In this document: piece after piece, positions 60,084 through 64,000 of the stretch
Layout of the letters: every line of letters starts with the position of its first letter
Numbering within the stretch: the stretch's first letter is position 1
From: Candidatus Limnocylindrales bacterium
GTDB lineage: Bacteria > Chloroflexota > Limnocylindria > Limnocylindrales > CSP1-4
DNA: 64,000 bases
Assembly (NCBI GenBank): GCA_035688805.1
Contig: DASSMQ010000006.1
Coordinates: 15,012 to 79,011 of the forward strand
Direction of reading: 5' to 3'
Translations under genes and position numbers: made by a program
Notes under the pieces: model-generated
The model's database searches: none
Told to the model about the DNA's origin: nothing
The model's input: only the letters and a program-made list of their open reading frames with translations

Positions 60084-61135
60084 CCGATGGGCTGCGCACC
60101 AGCGTCGTCGGATCGCACGCCCGACCGTCCTGGTTCGTCGCCGGGATCGCCGCCGCGGAACGCGGGGAATTCGGGCCGGCCGACCTCGCCGAGATGCTCG
60201 ACGACGGGGTGGACCTCGCGATCCGCGACCAGGAGGATGCGGGTATCGACCTGGTCAGCGACGGGGAGATGCGCCGTGCCGGATTCTTCACCGCCGAGTT
60301 CTACCTGCGGATCAGCGGCGTCCGGGCCCTGCCAGCGGACCGCCGACTCGGCGCCGGTGGCCACGACCAGCAGCATCGGTTCGAGGTCCTCGAGCCGATC
60401 GCCGCGCCCGACGGCCTCGGCGTGGTCGCCGAGTACCGCTACGCCGCGACTCGCGCGCATCGGCCGCTGAAGGTGACCATCCCCGGTCCGTACACGCTTT
60501 CTGGTCGGTTGCGCACCGGTCCCGGCGAGGTCTACCGCGACCGGGAGGCCGCCGCCGAGGCATTCGTGCCGATCCTGCGGGACGAGCTCCAGGCGCTGGT
60601 CGCTGCGGGCGCGCAGCACATCCAGATCGATGACCCGTCGCCGGCGATCCACCCGGATGCCCCGTCGGATGTGGCCGGGTTGTTCAACGCCGCCGTCGAG
60701 CCCGTGGTCGGTCGGGTCAGGCTGGGGGCGCACCTGTGCTTCGGCAACTACCTCGGACGGCCACTCGCACGGCGCACCTACCGGCCCGTGATGCGGGCCA
60801 TGCTCGAATTCCGCGTCGACGAGCTCGTCCTGGAGTTCGCCAATCGGGAGATGGCCGAGGTCGAGCTGCTCGGGGAGATCGCCTCGGCCGGGCGCGACGT
60901 CGCCGCGGGGATCGTCGATGTCAAGAACTACCACCTCGAGACGCCCGACGAGGTCGCCGAGCGTGCGGACGCGGTCCTCGCCGCGGGCGTTCCGGCTGAG
61001 CGGCTCAGCCTCGTCCCAGACTGTGGGTTCAGCCAGACGGCTCGCTGGGCGACCGTCGCCAAGCTTCGCGCACTCGTCGCCGGCCGCGACCTGGTCGCCG
61101 GTCGCGTCGGTCGACAGGAGGGATCGCATGGATAG
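60080..61135 (+). CDS. cobalamin-independent methionine synthase (MetE C-terminal domain / UroD-like) family protein
   Basis: ATGA overlap with the upstream stop. It is 351 aa, of similar size to the MetE catalytic domain and with a similar charged/hydrophobic pattern. Confidence 0.7.
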   Translation: MTDGLRTSVVGSHARPSWFVAGIAAAERGEFGPADLAEMLDDGVDLAIRDQEDAGIDLVSDGEMRRAGFFTAEFYLRISGVRALPADRRLGAGGHDQQHRFEVLEPIAAPDGLGVVAEYRYAATRAHRPLKVTIPGPYTLSGRLRTGPGEVYRDREAAAEAFVPILRDELQALVAAGAQHIQIDDPSPAIHPDAPSDVAGLFNAAVEPVVGRVRLGAHLCFGNYLGRPLARRTYRPVMRAMLEFRVDELVLEFANREMAEVELLGEIASAGRDVAAGIVDVKNYHLETPDEVAERADAVLAAGVPAERLSLVPDCGFSQTARWATVAKLRALVAGRDLVAGRVGRQEGSHG

Positions 61136-62327
61136 CCACCGCATCTCGCTACTCGGCACCGGGCTGATCGGTGACTTCTACACCTCGACGCTGCACGGCC
61201 AGCGCGGTCGCGACCGGGTCGAGGTCGTGTATTCGCGCAGCGACGCCCGAACGGCGGCGTTCAAGAAGCGCTGGGATATCCCGGTCGCCACGACCGACAT
61301 CGACGCGGCCATCGAGCATCCCGACACCGACGTCGTGGTGGTCGCCTTGCCCAACTTCCTGCACGTCGACGCGGTCGAGCGGGTCGCCCGCGCGGGGAAG
61401 GCCGTCCTGTGCACCAAGCCACTCGGTCGGACCGCCGACGAGGCGCGCCGGATGCTCGAGGCGGTCGAGTCGGCCGGCGTGTTCGGCGGCTACCTCGAGG
61501 ACCTGGTCTACACGCCAAAGACGCTCAAGGCGGCCGCCGCTGTGGCCGGGGGTGCCGTCGGCGAGGTGACGTGGGTCCGCTCGCGCGAGGCCCATCCGGG
61601 CCCGCACTCGGCCTGGTTCTGGGATGGCCGTCTGACCGGTGGCGGCGCGATCATCGACCTGGGCTGTCATTGCATCGAGATCATCCGGACCTTCGTCGGC
61701 AAGGGCGATCGGCCGGTCGACGTGATGTGCCACACCGACACCCTGGTCCACCCGATCAGCGACGAGGACAACGCCGTCGCGCTCATCCGATTCGAATCGG
61801 GCGCTGTCGGCCAGTTCGAGGTCAGCTGGACGTTCCGGGGCGGCATGGACCTACGCGACGAGGTCGCCGGCACCCACGGCACGATCTGGTTGAACCATTT
61901 CCTGCGGACCGGCTTCGAGATGTTCACGGCCGGCGGCGCCGGGGGCTACGTGGCCGAGAAGGCGGAGACCGAAGCGGGCTGGCTGTTCCCCGTCGGCGAC
62001 GAGACCGCCGAGCTCGGCTACGTCGACATGTTCAGCGACATGTTCCGCGCGATGGAGACGGGCAACGACCCCCGTGAGACCTTCTACGACGGCTACGTCG
62101 TGAACGCGGTCATGGATGCCTGCTACCGGTCGGCGGCGAGCGGCAACTGGGCCCCGGTCGACCTCGAGTGGCGCGGCGGCACGACCGCGCGCATCGCGTC
62201 GACACCGGAACGGTACGAGGGCCAGGTCGTCATCAAGCGCGAGATGCTGCCCGACGGCCGGCACAAGCTGATCCTCAAGGACGAGGCGACCGGCGACTTC
62301 AGCGATCGCGTGGTGGCGGCAGGCTGA
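61128..62327 (+). CDS. Gfo/Idh/MocA-family oxidoreductase
   Basis: The ATG overlaps the upstream stop (ATGGATAG). It has an N-terminal Rossmann motif ([13 protein letters not shown]) and a C-terminal GFO_IDH_MocA_C domain. Confidence 0.85.
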   Translation: MDSHRISLLGTGLIGDFYTSTLHGQRGRDRVEVVYSRSDARTAAFKKRWDIPVATTDIDAAIEHPDTDVVVVALPNFLHVDAVERVARAGKAVLCTKPLGRTADEARRMLEAVESAGVFGGYLEDLVYTPKTLKAAAAVAGGAVGEVTWVRSREAHPGPHSAWFWDGRLTGGGAIIDLGCHCIEIIRTFVGKGDRPVDVMCHTDTLVHPISDEDNAVALIRFESGAVGQFEVSWTFRGGMDLRDEVAGTHGTIWLNHFLRTGFEMFTAGGAGGYVAEKAETEAGWLFPVGDETAELGYVDMFSDMFRAMETGNDPRETFYDGYVVNAVMDACYRSAASGNWAPVDLEWRGGTTARIASTPERYEGQVVIKREMLPDGRHKLILKDEATGDFSDRVVAAG

Positions 62328-62343
62328 CGGCCCGCCGCCCGCG

Positions 62344-63639
62344 TCAGCCGGTCGGGGCGAGCCGCAGCGCCGGTGCCGCGGCCGGGTGACCGGCCTCGAG
62401 CCAGCGGCCGATCGACTCGCGCGCGAACAGCTGGTCAACGACCATCGCCGACGCGCCGATGACGCCGGCGAGGCCGCCGAGCGACGAGTGGGCGATGCGC
62501 AGGTCCCGCGTCGCCAGAGGCAACGATCGGCGCTCGACCGTCTGGCGGATCGCGGCGATGAACGACTCCGGGCTATTCGCGACGCCGCCGCCGATCACGA
62601 TCAGCGACGGGTTGAAGAAGTTCACGACGCTCGCCAGCATCGACCCGACCCGGCGGCCGGCCGTGTCGAGCATGGCCGCCGCCACGGGGTCGCCGAAGGA
62701 TGCGGCTCGCGCGACGTCCTCGGCCGTGACCTGGCCGGTCCGGTCGAGGGCCCCGGCCAGACGCACGCTGCGACCCTCCCGGGCGGCGAGTTCGCCCGCT
62801 CGCCCCAGAGCGCCACCACCGGCATATGCCTCGAGGCACCCGACGTTCCCACACCGGCAGACGACCGAGGGGTCGTCCGAGACGCCGATATGGCCGACGT
62901 CCCCGGCACTGCCCTGGGCGCCGCGATGGAGGCGACCGTCGGAGATGATCCCGGCCCCGATCCCGGTCCCGACCTTGATGACGACCACGTTGTCGTGGCC
63001 CGACGCGACCCCGGATCGCCATTCCCCGAGGGCCAGCAGGTTGACGTCGTTGTCGACCCAGACCGGCGCCGCGTAGCGCTCTTCGAAGCGCTCCCGGATC
63101 GGGTAGCCGTCCCAGCCGGGCATGATCGGCGGGGAGATCGGTCGACCGGACCCGAACTCGACGGGACCTGGGACACCCACACCGACCCCCCACAGCCGAC
63201 CCGGCACGTCCTTGGCGGTCGCCAGGAGCAGCGCGAACAGGGCGTCGACGCGATCAAGGCACGCCTCGGGGCCGTCCTCGATGCGGGCCGGCTCGTCATG
63301 ATGGCCGAGGATCCGGCCGTCGAGCGTGGTCAGGGCGACGTCGATGCTGGTCGCACCGAGATCGGCGACGAGCACGTGCCCGGCCGTCGCCTTGAACGCC
63401 AGCTGGCGGGGCGGGCGTCCGCCGGTGCTGGGCCCGACGGGGCCTTCGCTGATCAGGCCCCGGTCGAGCAACTCGCCGACCCGACGCGCGACGATCGCGC
63501 GACCGAGCCCCGTCCGCTCGACGAGCTCCGAGCGCGACCGAGACCGCCCCAGGCGGATCTCATCCAGGACCGTGACCAAGTCGTCGAGCACTTCGTCCGG
63601 TAGCGCCGGCGCGGTAGGCGTCGGCAGGTCCTCGTCCAC
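62344..63639 (-). CDS. ROK-family transcriptional regulator (N-terminal wHTH plus ROK sugar-kinase-like domain)
   Basis: The HTH reads ELVERTGLGRAIVARRVGELLDRGLI. The ROK zinc motif is CRCGNVGCLE. The start is placed at the GTG (VDEDLP); ORF 62344..63690. Confidence 0.8.
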   Translation of the reverse strand: MDEDLPTPTAPALPDEVLDDLVTVLDEIRLGRSRSRSELVERTGLGRAIVARRVGELLDRGLISEGPVGPSTGGRPPRQLAFKATAGHVLVADLGATSIDVALTTLDGRILGHHDEPARIEDGPEACLDRVDALFALLLATAKDVPGRLWGVGVGVPGPVEFGSGRPISPPIMPGWDGYPIRERFEERYAAPVWVDNDVNLLALGEWRSGVASGHDNVVVIKVGTGIGAGIISDGRLHRGAQGSAGDVGHIGVSDDPSVVCRCGNVGCLEAYAGGGALGRAGELAAREGRSVRLAGALDRTGQVTAEDVARAASFGDPVAAAMLDTAGRRVGSMLASVVNFFNPSLIVIGGGVANSPESFIAAIRQTVERRSLPLATRDLRIAHSSLGGLAGVIGASAMVVDQLFARESIGRWLEAGHPAAAPALRLAPTG

Positions 63640-63764
63640 GCCGCGATGATACCCACCGACCCTTGTCACGACCACTTTTGCACTTGACACGTCAAAGTAC
63701 GATCGCTCTAGCAGCGAGGATCGTGCGGCGCGCGCAACACGAGGCGCCGCATCGGGTCGCGCAG

Positions 63765-63789
63765 ACCATCTAGACTGTCTAGACCATCA
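63765..63789. promoter_or_regulatory. operator-like direct repeats (GACCATC ... TCTAGAC x2) in the ROK / Gfo-Idh-MocA intergenic region
   Basis: gaccaTCTAGActgTCTAGAccatc contains two XbaI-type palindromic cores and flanking GACCATC direct repeats. It lies about 40 nt upstream of the downstream gene's RBS. Confidence 0.3.
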
Positions 63790-63824
63790 CGGCTCGGCGC
63801 CAGGCAGGAGGAGGCCAGACGCCA

Positions 63825-64000
63825 TTGGCGAATCTCGCGTCCGTCGGCGCCGCCGTCATCGGGACCGGCTTCATCGGCACGGTCCACGTCGAGGCGTTGC
63901 GTCGCATCGGGGTCCAGGTCCGCGGTGTGCTCGGCAGTACCCCGGAGCGTGGCGCGGCACGAGCCGACGATCTCGGGGTGGCCACGGCCTACCGAGACCT
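63825..64000 (+). CDS. Gfo/Idh/MocA-family oxidoreductase, 5' part (continues beyond the window)
   Basis: A GGAGGAGG RBS sits 10 nt before a TTG. It encodes LANLASVGAAVIGTGFIGTVHVEALRRIGVQVRGVLGST... Confidence 0.65.
   Translation, partial: MANLASVGAAVIGTGFIGTVHVEALRRIGVQVRGVLGSTPERGAARADDLGVATAYRD

Overview
This is a 64-kb, very high-GC (roughly 70%) chromosomal segment with Gram-positive-like gene order. It is densely packed with housekeeping genes and has four accessory blocks worth a second look: a split SOS mutasome, a six-gene sugar-like catabolic operon, a lectin-like micro-locus and a giant surface protein.

Housekeeping content, by strand:
- Minus strand, heat shock: lepA, a CPBP membrane protein, hemW, a CIRCE operator, then hrcA-grpE-dnaK.
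- Minus strand, glycolysis: gap-pgk-eno, translationally coupled to a membrane protein and a lipoprotein.
- Minus strand, other: obgE-nadD-rsfS, rho, an M23/LysM peptidase, and a nucleoside phosphorylase followed by a 46-aa zinc-ribbon gene that the ORF track missed.
- Plus strand: a menA-like 3' fragment, rpsT with a Lys/Ala-rich tail, leuS behind tRNA-Ala(GGC), a second tRNA-Ala(CGC), and comEA-comEC-holA.

Accessory blocks:
- A split SOS mutasome: dnaE2 and imuA-imuB each sit behind a Gram-positive (Cheo-type) LexA box. About 3 kb lies between them, encoding a secreted GH18-like protein, a lipoprotein, three tiny single-TM peptides and an 82-aa ORF coupled to imuB. A cluster of four CTTGC(C)/(G)GCAAG hairpins lies at the imuA/imuB junction.
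- A six-gene translationally coupled operon (SorC regulator, SDR, FAD-oxidoreductase, PTE-family hydrolase, MetE-like protein, Gfo/Idh/MocA) followed by a convergently oriented ROK regulator. This looks like an undescribed sugar or lactone catabolic module.
- A small locus under a CGNR-zinc-finger regulator: a strong sigma70 promoter, a 38-aa membrane peptide, a 78-aa protein and a three-repeat AAL/RSL-type fucose-lectin-like protein.
- A 1223-aa lamin-tail-domain surface protein with tandem Pro-Thr repeats.

The many long ORFs antisense to real genes are high-GC artefacts. Coordinates I located by hand, rather than from the ORF track, are good to about ±2 nt.
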